Positions 36,999 to 46,834 of a stretch of 64,000 nucleotides of DNA are shown in pieces (positions within the stretch are counted from its first letter, which is position 1; each line of letters starts with the position of its first letter). A model generated the notes under the pieces. The model did not search any database. It had not been told where the DNA came from and saw only the letters and a list, made by a program, of their open reading frames with translations. The stretch is from an uncultured bacterium (GTDB taxonomy: Bacteria; Desulfobacterota_D; UBA1144; Nemesobacterales; UBA2774). Made by a program: the position numbers and the translations under genes. The stretch spans positions 416,001 to 480,000 of the forward strand of contig CAWGRW010000009.1 of assembly GCA_963825135.1 (NCBI GenBank), written 5' to 3'.

Positions 36999-38658
36999 AA
37001 TCCCTCTCGTTCCGGAAAACGTCACGCCCCTGCCCTCACTCAAGGAAAACAACGGACTCCTCAGCTGGGTCGCCTCGATAGACCACAAGCAGATAGGGTT
37101 AATGTATCTGATCATCACGCTCGTCTATTTCCTCCTGGGGGGGCTCGAAGCGCTCCTCATACGCATACAGCTGGCTCAGCCGGGAAGCCACTTCCTCACG
37201 CCCGAGCAGTATAACCAGCTCTTTACCATGCACGGCACTACCATGATATTTTTCGTCGTGATGCCTTTTCTCATCGGCGTCGGCGTGTACCTGCTGCCGC
37301 TCATGCTGGGGGCGCGCGACATGGCTTTTCCGCGGCTTAACGCTCTGAGTTTCTGGCTCTTTTTCTTCGGCGGAATACTCCTTTATTACAGCTTCTTCAC
37401 CCAGAGCGGCGCTTCCGACGTCGGCTGGTTCGCATACTCGCCGCTTAGTGAAAAGCCGTTCTCCCTGAACAAGGGCCCGACCTACTGGGCGCTCGGACTC
37501 CTCGCTTCGGGCATAGGCTCGGTGGCCTCGGGGCTCAACAACGTCGTCACCATTCTGACGATGAGAACACCGGGGATGACGATGCGCAGAATCCCGCTCT
37601 TCGTGTGGATGATGCTCGTCACGTCGCTGCTGCTCGTTTTCGTAATACCCATAATCACGGCCGCGTTCGCCATGATGCTCCTCGACAGCCTGCTGGGCGC
37701 GACGTTCTTCACGCCGGCCCACGGGGGCTCGGCCATTCTGTGGCAGCACTTCTTTTGGGGGTTCGGCCACCCGGAGGTCTACATACTGATACTCCCCGCT
37801 TTCGGAATAATCTCAGAGGTGATACCGGTGTTCTCCAGGAAACCCATTTACGGCTACGAGTTCGTGGCAGCGTCCACCGTCGCGATAGGGCTTCTGAGCC
37901 TGGGCGTATGGGCGCACCACATGTTCGCGGTCGGGCTCGGTAACGTCACGAACGCGTATTTCTCCCTCGCGAGCATGCTCATAGCGATCCCCACGGGGGT
38001 CAAGGTGCTCAACTGGGTCGCCACGATGTGGGGGGGGAAGATAAATTTCGCGACCCCGATGCTCTTCGGTACGGCCTTCATCATAGAGTTCGTAATCGGC
38101 GGTCTTACCGGAGTGGCCATAGCCTCGGTCCCCATAGACTGGGTCGTAACGGACAGCTACTTCATCGTGGCTCACTTCCATTACGCCATCTTCGGCGGCT
38201 CGGTATTCGCGATATTCGCCGGCGTGTACTACTGGTTCCCGAAGTTCACGGGGCGGATGCTCTCGGAGACCCTCGGCAAATGGCACTTCTGGCTCACCGT
38301 CATCGGATTCAACATGACGTTTTTCATACAGCATTTCCTGGGCGTAATGGGGATGCCGAGGCGCACGTATACGTATTACGACATGCCCTACTGGGGGTCG
38401 ATGAACCTCATATCGACCATAGGCGCGATGATACTGGGGCTGTCGGTCATAATTTTCGTCTGGAATATTCTGGTCAGCCTGAGGAGCGGCAAGCCCGCGG
38501 GCGACAATCCCTGGAACGCCTGGACGCTCGAATGGGCGACCACGTCGCCGCCCGCGGTCGAGAATTTCGAGCTTGTTCCGCCCGTAAGGGGCAGGCGTCC
38601 GCTCTGGGACCTGGCGCACCCCGAGATGCCGGACGAACCGGACGCGAAAATTGTTTAG
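36988..38658 (+). CDS. coxA: Cytochrome c oxidase subunit I, type A1
   Basis: DHKQIG, TMHGTTMIF, GHPEVY, WAHH, AHFHY, GMPRR. Confidence 0.97.
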   Translation: MSSRIPLVPENVTPLPSLKENNGLLSWVASIDHKQIGLMYLIITLVYFLLGGLEALLIRIQLAQPGSHFLTPEQYNQLFTMHGTTMIFFVVMPFLIGVGVYLLPLMLGARDMAFPRLNALSFWLFFFGGILLYYSFFTQSGASDVGWFAYSPLSEKPFSLNKGPTYWALGLLASGIGSVASGLNNVVTILTMRTPGMTMRRIPLFVWMMLVTSLLLVFVIPIITAAFAMMLLDSLLGATFFTPAHGGSAILWQHFFWGFGHPEVYILILPAFGIISEVIPVFSRKPIYGYEFVAASTVAIGLLSLGVWAHHMFAVGLGNVTNAYFSLASMLIAIPTGVKVLNWVATMWGGKINFATPMLFGTAFIIEFVIGGLTGVAIASVPIDWVVTDSYFIVAHFHYAIFGGSVFAIFAGVYYWFPKFTGRMLSETLGKWHFWLTVIGFNMTFFIQHFLGVMGMPRRTYTYYDMPYWGSMNLISTIGAMILGLSVIIFVWNILVSLRSGKPAGDNPWNAWTLEWATTSPPAVENFELVPPVRGRRPLWDLAHPEMPDEPDAKIV

Positions 38659-38669
38659 GAGAATTATGT

Positions 38670-39221
38670 ATGGCGAATAACAGAATGCTTGTCGGTTTCT
38701 TCATAGCCTCGGAGTCAATCTTCTTTCTGATGCTTATACTCGCGTACGTAAATTTCCACGGCTCGGTAACGGACGGGCCCACAGCGGTAAACAGCCTGAA
38801 CCCCGTGACTACGGGGATATTCAGCCTGTTCCTCTTCGCGAGCAGCTTCACCGTATGGCTCGCGGGCAGGAGCCTGAGGAACAAAAACCACCTCATGCTC
38901 AAGGTCTGGATTCTGGCGACGATCATTCTGGGCGCGGTCTTTATTTTCGGACAGGGCCTAGAATGGAAGGGGCTCATAGACAAGAATATAACGATCAGCC
39001 GGAACGTATTCGGCACGACGTTCTTCACTCTTACCGGGTTTCACGGCTTTCACGTATGCGTCGGCCTCATAATGCTGACGCTGCTCCTGGGTCTCTCGCT
39101 GGCGGGGGATTTCAAGGGACCCAAGTCAGACGCCGTCGAATGCATTTCACTCTACTGGCACTTCGTAGACGGGGTGTGGGTGGTGGTCTTTTCGGTGATA
39201 TACCTTTGGGCGTTTTTATGA
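38670..39221 (+). CDS. coxC: Cytochrome c oxidase subunit III (short form)
   Basis: FIASESIFF, TGFHGFHV, YWHFVDGVW; lacks the first two TM helices. Confidence 0.92.
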   Translation: MANNRMLVGFFIASESIFFLMLILAYVNFHGSVTDGPTAVNSLNPVTTGIFSLFLFASSFTVWLAGRSLRNKNHLMLKVWILATIILGAVFIFGQGLEWKGLIDKNITISRNVFGTTFFTLTGFHGFHVCVGLIMLTLLLGLSLAGDFKGPKSDAVECISLYWHFVDGVWVVVFSVIYLWAFL

Positions 39222-39255
39222 ACGGGATTTTATCGAATATTTCGGAGAGGCGAGT

Positions 39256-40104
39256 ATGAACATACTACATTTTCTCGGCACGGCATGGTCGTTTGAGCCC
39301 TGGGTCGCCGCGTTCGCCCTGGCTCTTTTCGCGTCCTATGCGGCCCTCCCCGGGTCCCGCCCGGACGGGAAGGCCGCGCTCTTCGCGGCAGGAGTAATCC
39401 TTATGGTACTGGCGCTCGTGTCCCCGCTAGATTATCTCGGGCGAAATTATCTGTTCAGCGCACACATGGTCGAGCATATACTCCTCCTCCTCGTGATACC
39501 GCTCATGCTCCTTTCGGGAATCCCGGTATCGGCCGCGGAGAAGGCGTCACGCGCGCCTGTCGCGGGCGGTGTAATTAAATTCCTCGGGAACCCGGTCCCG
39601 GCGTGGCTCCTCGGCGTGGGCGCGATGTGGGTCTGGCACATGCCGTCCCTCCACCAAACCGTCATGGAGAACGAGAGTCTCTACATAGCCCAGCAGGTAA
39701 GCTTCGTCTTTACGGGATTGATATTCTGGTGGCCCGTGTTCTCGCCCGACAAGAGCGCGAGGCTCTCGCCGCTCGCCTCCACTCTCTACCTGGCCTCAGC
39801 GTGCCTCGGCTGCACCATACTCGGCATGCTCATCACGTTCGCCGGAGCGGGACTCTACCCCGCGTACGCGAATCCTGCCGATTCGGCGGGGATTCTGTCT
39901 TATCTGAGAAACGATCTATGCATCACCCCGGGGGTGGACCAGCAGATAGGCGGCCTCACTATGTGGGTCCCGGGATGCCTCATATACCTGGCCGCGAGCT
40001 TGGTTACCATAGCCAGGTGGTACTCATCCCCGGAGACTGAGACCGCAGCTCCGACGGGGACTCGAGGCGTCATGACGAGCGCCGGATCTTACAAGAGGAA
40101 TTAG
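39256..40104 (+). CDS. ctaG: CtaG (caa3-type) cytochrome c oxidase assembly protein
   Basis: SPLD, LFSAHMVEH, WHMP, DQQIGGLTMWVPG. Confidence 0.88.
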   Translation: MNILHFLGTAWSFEPWVAAFALALFASYAALPGSRPDGKAALFAAGVILMVLALVSPLDYLGRNYLFSAHMVEHILLLLVIPLMLLSGIPVSAAEKASRAPVAGGVIKFLGNPVPAWLLGVGAMWVWHMPSLHQTVMENESLYIAQQVSFVFTGLIFWWPVFSPDKSARLSPLASTLYLASACLGCTILGMLITFAGAGLYPAYANPADSAGILSYLRNDLCITPGVDQQIGGLTMWVPGCLIYLAASLVTIARWYSSPETETAAPTGTRGVMTSAGSYKRN

Positions 40105-40148
40105 CATATGAAAACGAAACCATACTATAGAAACGTAACGGAGACCGT

Positions 40149-40499
40149 ATGAGCACAGGAAGCGAGTTTCGGGCGCCGGGATCAGCAACACCCGCAGCCG
40201 GCATTCAGACGTCCGCCCCGGGGGCCTTCGATTTCCAGGCGATGGAGGCGGAGGCCTTGAAAGCGGGCATCCCTCCGGGCTGGCACAAACCCCTTCCGGA
40301 AAGGCTGCCTTCGCCGGGCTACTGGCCGGCGATAATGGCGCTCGGGATAACCTTCATGCTATGGGGGCTCGCCGTCGGGTTCAACCAGGTCGTCAGCACT
40401 ATAATAATAATTTTCTTTATCGGGCTCGTGCTATTCGTAACGGCGCTTGCAGGATGGATAGGAGACCTTAGAAATGAGCGAAAAGACTGGAACGGGTGA
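40149..40499 (+). CDS. Two-TM accessory oxidase subunit (subunit III N-terminus / CtaF-like)
   Basis: LPSPGYWPAIMALG...GLVLFVTALAGW. Confidence 0.7.
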   Translation: MSTGSEFRAPGSATPAAGIQTSAPGAFDFQAMEAEALKAGIPPGWHKPLPERLPSPGYWPAIMALGITFMLWGLAVGFNQVVSTIIIIFFIGLVLFVTALAGWIGDLRNERKDWNG

Positions 40500-40983
40500 G
40501 TGCAGCAGAAGGCAGTTCTTCATGCACGTGAGTATCGCTTTGGGCAGCATTGCCGCGGTACTCGTGGGAATCCCGATCGTGGGCTCGATACTCGGCCCCA
40601 TAATAAAAAAGCCCAAGCCCGAGTGGAGGGCCGTGGGGGCGCTCGACAGCTTCAAGGTCGGGGGAGGCTACGTGAAAGTCGACTACGTGAACACTTCTCC
40701 GCTGCCGTGGGCGGGCGTGACCGCGCAGTCGGCTGCCTGGCTCAGGAGGGAGAGCGAGGATAAATTCACCGCGTTCTCAGTGAACTGCGCGCATCTGGGC
40801 TGCCCGGTAAGGTGGATAGACGGAGCGAAGCTCTTTATGTGCCCGTGTCACGGCGGGGTTTATTACGAAGACGGGTCCGTCGCTGCGGGTCCGCCGCCGA
40901 GGGGCCTGTACCAGTACCCGGTAAGGGTCAATGACGGTCAGGTGGAAATAATGGCAAGCCCCATCCCGATCACGACCGCATGA
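40474..40983 (+). CDS. qcrA: Rieske iron-sulfur subunit of quinol:cytochrome c reductase
   Basis: Tat motif SRRQFF; CAHLGC and CPCHGG boxes. Confidence 0.95.
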   Translation: MSEKTGTGECSRRQFFMHVSIALGSIAAVLVGIPIVGSILGPIIKKPKPEWRAVGALDSFKVGGGYVKVDYVNTSPLPWAGVTAQSAAWLRRESEDKFTAFSVNCAHLGCPVRWIDGAKLFMCPCHGGVYYEDGSVAAGPPPRGLYQYPVRVNDGQVEIMASPIPITTA

Positions 40984-41032
40984 ATCTTGAAAAAATGGAG
41001 AGGACGATAAACCTGATTACGGGATACCGCAG

Positions 41033-42433
41033 ATGAATTTCCTTAAACGAATATGGCTCTGGTTTGACGACCGCACGGGCCTGGCCGGCGCGATAGGACC
41101 CATAGCCAAACATGCGGTCCCGCCTAACACCGCCACGTGGTTCTATGTCTTCGGAAGCGCCACGCTCTTTACGTTCATGCTCCAGGTCGCAACAGGGGTA
41201 ACGCTCGCGTTCATATACGTCCCATCGTCGGGCGAGGCCTACCAGAGCCTCCAGTACATCACCACGCAGACCACTTTCGGAAGGATAGTAAGGGGCATGC
41301 ACAACTGGGGCGCATCGGCGATGATACTGCTCGTGGGCATACACATGATACAGGTCTACCTGACGGCCGCATACAAGTTCCCGAGGGAGATGAACTGGAT
41401 TTCAGGCGTAGTGCTCCTCGCGTTAACCGTGGTAATGGGGTTCACGGGGCAGGTCGTGAGGTGGGACCAGACGGCCGTATGGTCGACCATAGTGGCCGCG
41501 GAGCAGGCCGGGCGCGTCCCGCTCATAGGGGGCTGGGTCGCTGACTTCGTCCTGGGGGGAGACACGGTGGGCGGCACGACTTTGAGCCGTATGTTCGCCT
41601 ACCACGTATTCCTTATCCCGGCGCTCCTCTTCGTCTTTATAGGGTTTCACCTCTACCTCGTCATCAAGAACGGAATCTCGGAGTTCCCGAAAGCGGGCGA
41701 TCCGGTCGACCCGGCGACATACAGGGAGAAATACGAAAAGATGGTGAAGAGCAGGGGCATACCTTTCTGGCCCGACGCGGCATGGAAGGACATGGTCTTC
41801 GGCTTCATAGTGATATGCACCATACTCGTGATAGCAATCGTAATAGGTCCGCCGGAGCTGGGTCCGCCCCCGAACCCGTCCGACATCCACGCGCTCCCCG
41901 TGCCCGACTGGTATTTCGTATTTTATTTCGCATTCCTGGCGCTCATGCCGCCCCAGATCGAAACGTACCTCATGGTGTTCGGCCCTCTCATGGTGGGACT
42001 CCTTCTCTTCTGCCTCCCGTTCATCTCGAACAGGGGGGAAAGGAGCCCGCTTCGCCGCCCGTGGGCGGTCGCGATAGTGGCGCTCACCATAGCGACCATA
42101 TCCGGGCTCTGGGCCATAGGCATTACGTCCCCGTGGTCACCCAACTTCGACGCGAAGCCCCTTACTGCCGAGATAATCGGCGCCGGCAGCGGCCCCTTGT
42201 GGCGGGGAGGGGTGAACTTTAACGACAAAGGCTGCCTCTACTGTCACACCGTATCGGGGCACGGGGGGCAGAGGGGACCCGACCTCACGTATGTGGGCGA
42301 CAGGTTAAACTCAAACGAGCTCACGTGGAGGATTATGAACGGCGGGCTCAATATGCCGGGATTCGGCGGTACCCTGAGCAATCAGGAACTGAGCGACCTG
42401 GTCGCGTTCCTGAGCTCGAGAAAGAAGAATTGA
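41033..42433 (+). CDS. qcrB: Cytochrome b with fused C-terminal cytochrome c
   Basis: RGMHNWGA, IHMIQV, YHV...FHL heme ligands; PDWY Qo motif; CLYCH and MPGF. Confidence 0.93.
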   Translation: MNFLKRIWLWFDDRTGLAGAIGPIAKHAVPPNTATWFYVFGSATLFTFMLQVATGVTLAFIYVPSSGEAYQSLQYITTQTTFGRIVRGMHNWGASAMILLVGIHMIQVYLTAAYKFPREMNWISGVVLLALTVVMGFTGQVVRWDQTAVWSTIVAAEQAGRVPLIGGWVADFVLGGDTVGGTTLSRMFAYHVFLIPALLFVFIGFHLYLVIKNGISEFPKAGDPVDPATYREKYEKMVKSRGIPFWPDAAWKDMVFGFIVICTILVIAIVIGPPELGPPPNPSDIHALPVPDWYFVFYFAFLALMPPQIETYLMVFGPLMVGLLLFCLPFISNRGERSPLRRPWAVAIVALTIATISGLWAIGITSPWSPNFDAKPLTAEIIGAGSGPLWRGGVNFNDKGCLYCHTVSGHGGQRGPDLTYVGDRLNSNELTWRIMNGGLNMPGFGGTLSNQELSDLVAFLSSRKKN

Positions 42434-42436
42434 CCA

Positions 42437-43747
42437 TCAGCGCCTGTCGGTCGCGCCGGACTGACGAATCCTCATCAGGAATTTAAGCTGCACAACGTCC
42501 TTCGGAAGGAAGATGTCCAGGAGCCAGTCTATCGCCACGCGTATCTTCCTGTCCCACCCGGGCAGCTTCCCGAGATAGATACATCGCCAGAGCATCCACG
42601 CGAAGAACCCCGAGAACTTGAGCCCCTGAATCTCCGCGACAGCCGACCTGCGGCCGAGCGGGGCGAGCATGCCCTGGGTTTTGTATATGAAAGGCCTTTT
42701 ATCCGCTTCTTTCCCGTTTATCGCAGCGGCAATGTTGTACGCCGTACGCTTGCCCTCGCGGGTCGCGTGCTGAGCTGTGGGCGGATAAGGTTTCCCGGTG
42801 TGCGGGTCTGGGATTACCGCGCAGTCTCCCAACGCCCAGACCCCGGGGAACCCAGGGACTTCCATATAATCGTTTACCTCGATCCTGCCTTTCTTGTCGG
42901 CGCAAGGCAGAGAGGCGATAACGGGCTGGGGGGAAGTGCCGGCGGCCCAAATGGGGGTATGCGTTTCGACCTTTTCTCCGTCGGCCGTCTCGACGGAGTC
43001 CTGAGTGACTTTCGATATCCTGGTGTTGAGACGGAATTCCATGCCCCGTTTCTTGAGCAGCGCCGTCCCGTATTCCGCGAGCCCCTCGCTCATTTCGTGC
43101 ATTATCCTGTCCCCCGGATCGATGACCACGACCTTGACCTCGTCGGATTTTACGTTCTTGTAGAACCTCCGGCTCGCGCCCACGTAATCGTTGAGCTCCG
43201 CGGCGACCTCTATGCCGGTGTAGCCCCCTCCCACCACCACGAACGTCAGGAGCCTCCTCCTGAAGTCGTGGTCCTCCTCGAGGTCCGCCATCTCGAACAT
43301 GTCTATCACATGACTCCTGAGCTCCATCGCGTCGGTGAGGTTCTTGAGCGGGAACGCATACTCCTCGGCCCCTTCGACCCCGTGGAACCCCGTTATAGAC
43401 CCCATGGCGATTACAAGGTAGTCGTATCCGAGAGTGAATATTTCCTGAGTGTCCTGGCGGTAACACGTGACGGTCTTTTTGTCGAGGTCGATAGAGTCCG
43501 CTATGAGCTCTTTGAACCTCGCTTTGTTCACGCATTCTCTGAGCGGTATGACGATATTTTTTGCTTCGATGCTGCTCGAAACGACCTCGGCCAGCATTGA
43601 GGTAAAAACAAGGTAGTTGTTCTCGTTGACGAGCGTTATCTCGACGTCGTCCCGCTGCTTAAAAATTTTTTCGAGGTTCTGAGCGACTTCAAGTCCCGCG
43701 AAGCCGCCGCCCAGAATAACAATGCGCTTGGAAACGGTATCGGTCAT
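42437..43747 (-). CDS. ndh: Type II NADH:quinone oxidoreductase
   Basis: GGGFAG, VVGGGYTGIE, WAAG, ALGDCA, PPTAQHA, AWMLWR. Confidence 0.9.
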   Translation of the reverse strand: MTDTVSKRIVILGGGFAGLEVAQNLEKIFKQRDDVEITLVNENNYLVFTSMLAEVVSSSIEAKNIVIPLRECVNKARFKELIADSIDLDKKTVTCYRQDTQEIFTLGYDYLVIAMGSITGFHGVEGAEEYAFPLKNLTDAMELRSHVIDMFEMADLEEDHDFRRRLLTFVVVGGGYTGIEVAAELNDYVGASRRFYKNVKSDEVKVVVIDPGDRIMHEMSEGLAEYGTALLKKRGMEFRLNTRISKVTQDSVETADGEKVETHTPIWAAGTSPQPVIASLPCADKKGRIEVNDYMEVPGFPGVWALGDCAVIPDPHTGKPYPPTAQHATREGKRTAYNIAAAINGKEADKRPFIYKTQGMLAPLGRRSAVAEIQGLKFSGFFAWMLWRCIYLGKLPGWDRKIRVAIDWLLDIFLPKDVVQLKFLMRIRQSGATDRR

Positions 43748-43968
43748 ACGGATCGGTCCTCCTCATCGTATTTTAGGGTATATAGGCCCGGAAACAAGCT
43801 TATTCCCGAGCCCCGCGTGAATTGTATGAATCATTCTCGCATGAAAGAAGACGGCGTGTCAATAAACCCTGGAGACCGTTTCTTTAATCCGGGCAGGAGA
43901 ATCAGCCCATTTAACGCGCCCGCATCCGTCCGAACTCTTCCTGACGCCGGAAGAAAGCCGGATTCGGT

Positions 43969-45522
43969 TTAGTTCGATTTTTGCTTATCGCTCCCGCTTT
44001 CCACCCGGACCGCCGCATAGATAGTATTTTCGCCTCTCTTCACGAGGAAAAGCATGGTGCTTCCGGGTTTCCCCTGAGAAACCGCGGCCGTATAGTCTTT
44101 AAGATCTGTTAAGTGATTCTTGTCGATCTCCAGAATTACATCGCCCGGCCTTAACCCGGCGTCATCCGCGGGGCTCCCGTTGGCGACGTCCGCGATGATT
44201 ACACCCTTATCCACGGCGAGGTTGAACCTCTTGACCATTTGAGGGGTGAGTTCCTTTACGCTGAGACCGAGCCGTTCTTCCGCTTGTTCTTCCTCGCCCT
44301 CATCGGGGACCTGATCGTCCGGGAACTCGGCGAGCTTTATCGTTAAGTCCCTGGGCTTGCCGTCATGTAACAGCGTCAACGTCACATCGTTTCCGGGCTG
44401 CGCGACGGCCGCCATGGTAGTCAGGTCAGTCACCTCGTTGACCTTCTTGCCGTCGAATTCGACGATGACGTCGCCCCTCTTAATCCCCGCTTTCTCGGCG
44501 GGGCTGCCGGGAGTGACGTCGCTGACCACTACCCCCTCGTCTTCTTTAAGGTTCAGGCCGGAGGCGATTTCGGGGGTGAGCTTCTGGACGAAGACACCCA
44601 GCCATCCGCGGACCACTTTACCGCCCTCTTTAAGCTGGTCGATAACGAACTCAGCCATCTTTATCGGTATCGCAAACCCTATCCCCTGCCCCTGCGCGAT
44701 AATAGCCGTGTTCACTCCCACGACCTCCCCGTTTAAATTAAAGAGCGGCCCGCCGCTGTTTCCGGGATTGAGCGACGCGTCGGTCTGTATAAAATCATCG
44801 TATGCGCCCAGACCGAGCGAGCGGCCCTTCGCGCTCACAATGCCCGCCGTAACCGTATAGCCAAGCCCGAACGGGTTCCCGATGGCGATGACCCAGTCGC
44901 CTATCCTGAGGTTATCCGAATTCCCGAAGCTCACGGCCTGGAGCTTGCCCTCGGGCTCGAATTTTACAACCGCGATATCGGTTTTCGGGTCCTTTCCTAC
45001 AACTTTAGCCTCGTATTTATCGCCGTTTTCCAGTATCACGCTTATATCCACCGCTCTTTCAACGACATGATAGTTAGTAACCACATATCCGTCCTCGCTG
45101 ATTATAAACCCCGAGCCCAACCCCTGTCGCTTGAATTCCTGCTGCGGCGTGCCTTCGAAAAATTTCTTGAAGAATTCCTCGAACGGGTCGTTCTGGCCGT
45201 AAGGAGAGCCCTGCCGGTTCCCCTCAAAGCCCCTCGGTTTCACCACGCTCGTGGTGCTGATATTGACGACCGACGGCTTAAGCTTCTCCACAAGGTCGGC
45301 AAACGAGGGGAATTCGTGAGTCCTTATATCCCGCACTATCCCTTTGTCCGCGGCCGCTTCTGTCCGTTCTGTTTCTTTTTGGGGCGGGGCGGCCTTTTCG
45401 GATTGTTCTTGCTTGACCGGGCTTTTTTTCGCGGGCCCGGACTCTTCAGCCCTTTCACAACCTATATTAATGACTGCAATCAATAGTGGAATAATAAAAA
45501 GAAATGCGAATGACCGCTTCAT
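43969..45522 (-). CDS. degQ: HtrA/DegQ serine protease with two PDZ domains
   Basis: GSGFII, TNYHVV, TDIAV, GNSGGPL; RBS AGGAGG ahead of ATG 45522. Confidence 0.93.
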   Translation of the reverse strand: MKRSFAFLFIIPLLIAVINIGCERAEESGPAKKSPVKQEQSEKAAPPQKETERTEAAADKGIVRDIRTHEFPSFADLVEKLKPSVVNISTTSVVKPRGFEGNRQGSPYGQNDPFEEFFKKFFEGTPQQEFKRQGLGSGFIISEDGYVVTNYHVVERAVDISVILENGDKYEAKVVGKDPKTDIAVVKFEPEGKLQAVSFGNSDNLRIGDWVIAIGNPFGLGYTVTAGIVSAKGRSLGLGAYDDFIQTDASLNPGNSGGPLFNLNGEVVGVNTAIIAQGQGIGFAIPIKMAEFVIDQLKEGGKVVRGWLGVFVQKLTPEIASGLNLKEDEGVVVSDVTPGSPAEKAGIKRGDVIVEFDGKKVNEVTDLTTMAAVAQPGNDVTLTLLHDGKPRDLTIKLAEFPDDQVPDEGEEEQAEERLGLSVKELTPQMVKRFNLAVDKGVIIADVANGSPADDAGLRPGDVILEIDKNHLTDLKDYTAAVSQGKPGSTMLFLVKRGENTIYAAVRVESGSDKQKSN

Positions 45523-45712
45523 AAACGCCTCCTGATATCTCTTTACGGATAGAGATAATATAGCCAGCAAATGCCCGTTCGCAAGAAAAAATTCGACCTT
45601 TCTTTATTAATATGAATTGAAATCCGATACGGCGGGGGTTTTGCGAAAGCCAGGAAAATCTTCCTGCACTCCGGGCGGCTGCGATATTAATTCCAATGTC
45701 CGTAATGTTTTA

Positions 45713-45741
45713 TGAAACCGGATCGACATGAGCCCCGTATA
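45713..45741 (+). promoter_or_regulatory. Putative ECF promoter
   Basis: TGAAACC-N16-CGTATA upstream of the sigma gene at 45842. Confidence 0.5.
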
Positions 45742-45841
45742 TAAAGGGTATGACCGGAGAGAGGCCGGGTGAAGATATAAATCTCACGGGGAACGATACA
45801 GTGCTCTAACCGGGCGCACGCGACGTAATAAGGATTATCAA

Positions 45842-46582
45842 ATGAAAGCAAAGGAAAGGATGAGGCGCCAAAATGCTGAAGCTCCGGGGCCTGGAGAACC
45901 GGATGCCTTCCGGGGTCGATTGAACGCCTCTCGGGTTCCGGGGGGTGATACGGAAGAGCGGCGTACGGACGGACGGGTCCCCCCCGACTACGATTCCTGC
46001 GAGGACGAGGGGCTCGTGAAGCTCTATGCGGAAAGAAGATACGCCGAGGCCTTTAACAGGATCGTATCAAGGTATAGCGATATCGTATTGGGATTCGCTT
46101 TAAAATTGACGAGGGACGTCCACGACGCGGAAGAAGTTCGGCAGGAGGTATTCATATCGCTTTTCGAAAACATGGAAGGCTTCAGGGGGAATTCCAGGTT
46201 CTCGACCTGGCTCTACAGGATAACCCTCAACGCGTGCTATATGAAGCTCAGACAAAAAAGAAGAAAGACCGAATCGGAGCTTTTGATAGACTCCCGTAAC
46301 ATCGGTCCGGATGCTGAAGCGTCGAATCTCATATCGAACAGGAGCCCCGACGAGCTCACTTCGTACAGGGAGGGGATGGAGCTCATCAGCGAGGCCGCCG
46401 GGGAGCTGCCCGAGAGTGCCAGGATGGTGTTCGATATGAGGGATATAAAGGGGCTGACCAACTCAGAGGTGGGGAAGATTCTCGGCATATCCGAATCCGC
46501 CGTCAAATCACGGATACTCAGGACGAGAATATTCATACGAAAGAGAATCACGGCCCGCATTCGGGAGAGGGAGATTCGATGA
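45842..46582 (+). CDS. ECF sigma factor with N-terminal extension, no adjacent dedicated anti-sigma
   Basis: DAEEVRQEVF, FRGNSRFSTWLYRI, GLTNSEVGKILGISESAVKSRI; true start uncertain. Confidence 0.9.
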   Translation: MKAKERMRRQNAEAPGPGEPDAFRGRLNASRVPGGDTEERRTDGRVPPDYDSCEDEGLVKLYAERRYAEAFNRIVSRYSDIVLGFALKLTRDVHDAEEVRQEVFISLFENMEGFRGNSRFSTWLYRITLNACYMKLRQKRRKTESELLIDSRNIGPDAEASNLISNRSPDELTSYREGMELISEAAGELPESARMVFDMRDIKGLTNSEVGKILGISESAVKSRILRTRIFIRKRITARIREREIR

Positions 46583-46834
46583 GCCCGGGGCATCGGGGGA
46601 CGCGCCCGCGAGCAATATCATGCAGCGGCACGAAGGCTCCGCAAGTCAGGGCAATACGGCGGCTGTTAGAGTACATACGGACCGACGATGCGAGCGGAGG
46701 CGTATACGGTTTGAATACAACAAATTATCTATGAGGGCCGGCGCACACGAGATATGAACCACGGGATCAAACCATCGATTGACAATACAACCGAATTAAA
46801 TACAATGGTTCGAAAGTCCGGAACCGCGTCAAAC

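Noticed and set aside
38028..38669. 397-aa version of coxC
   Set aside because: The extension is an alternative frame inside coxA; real start 38670.
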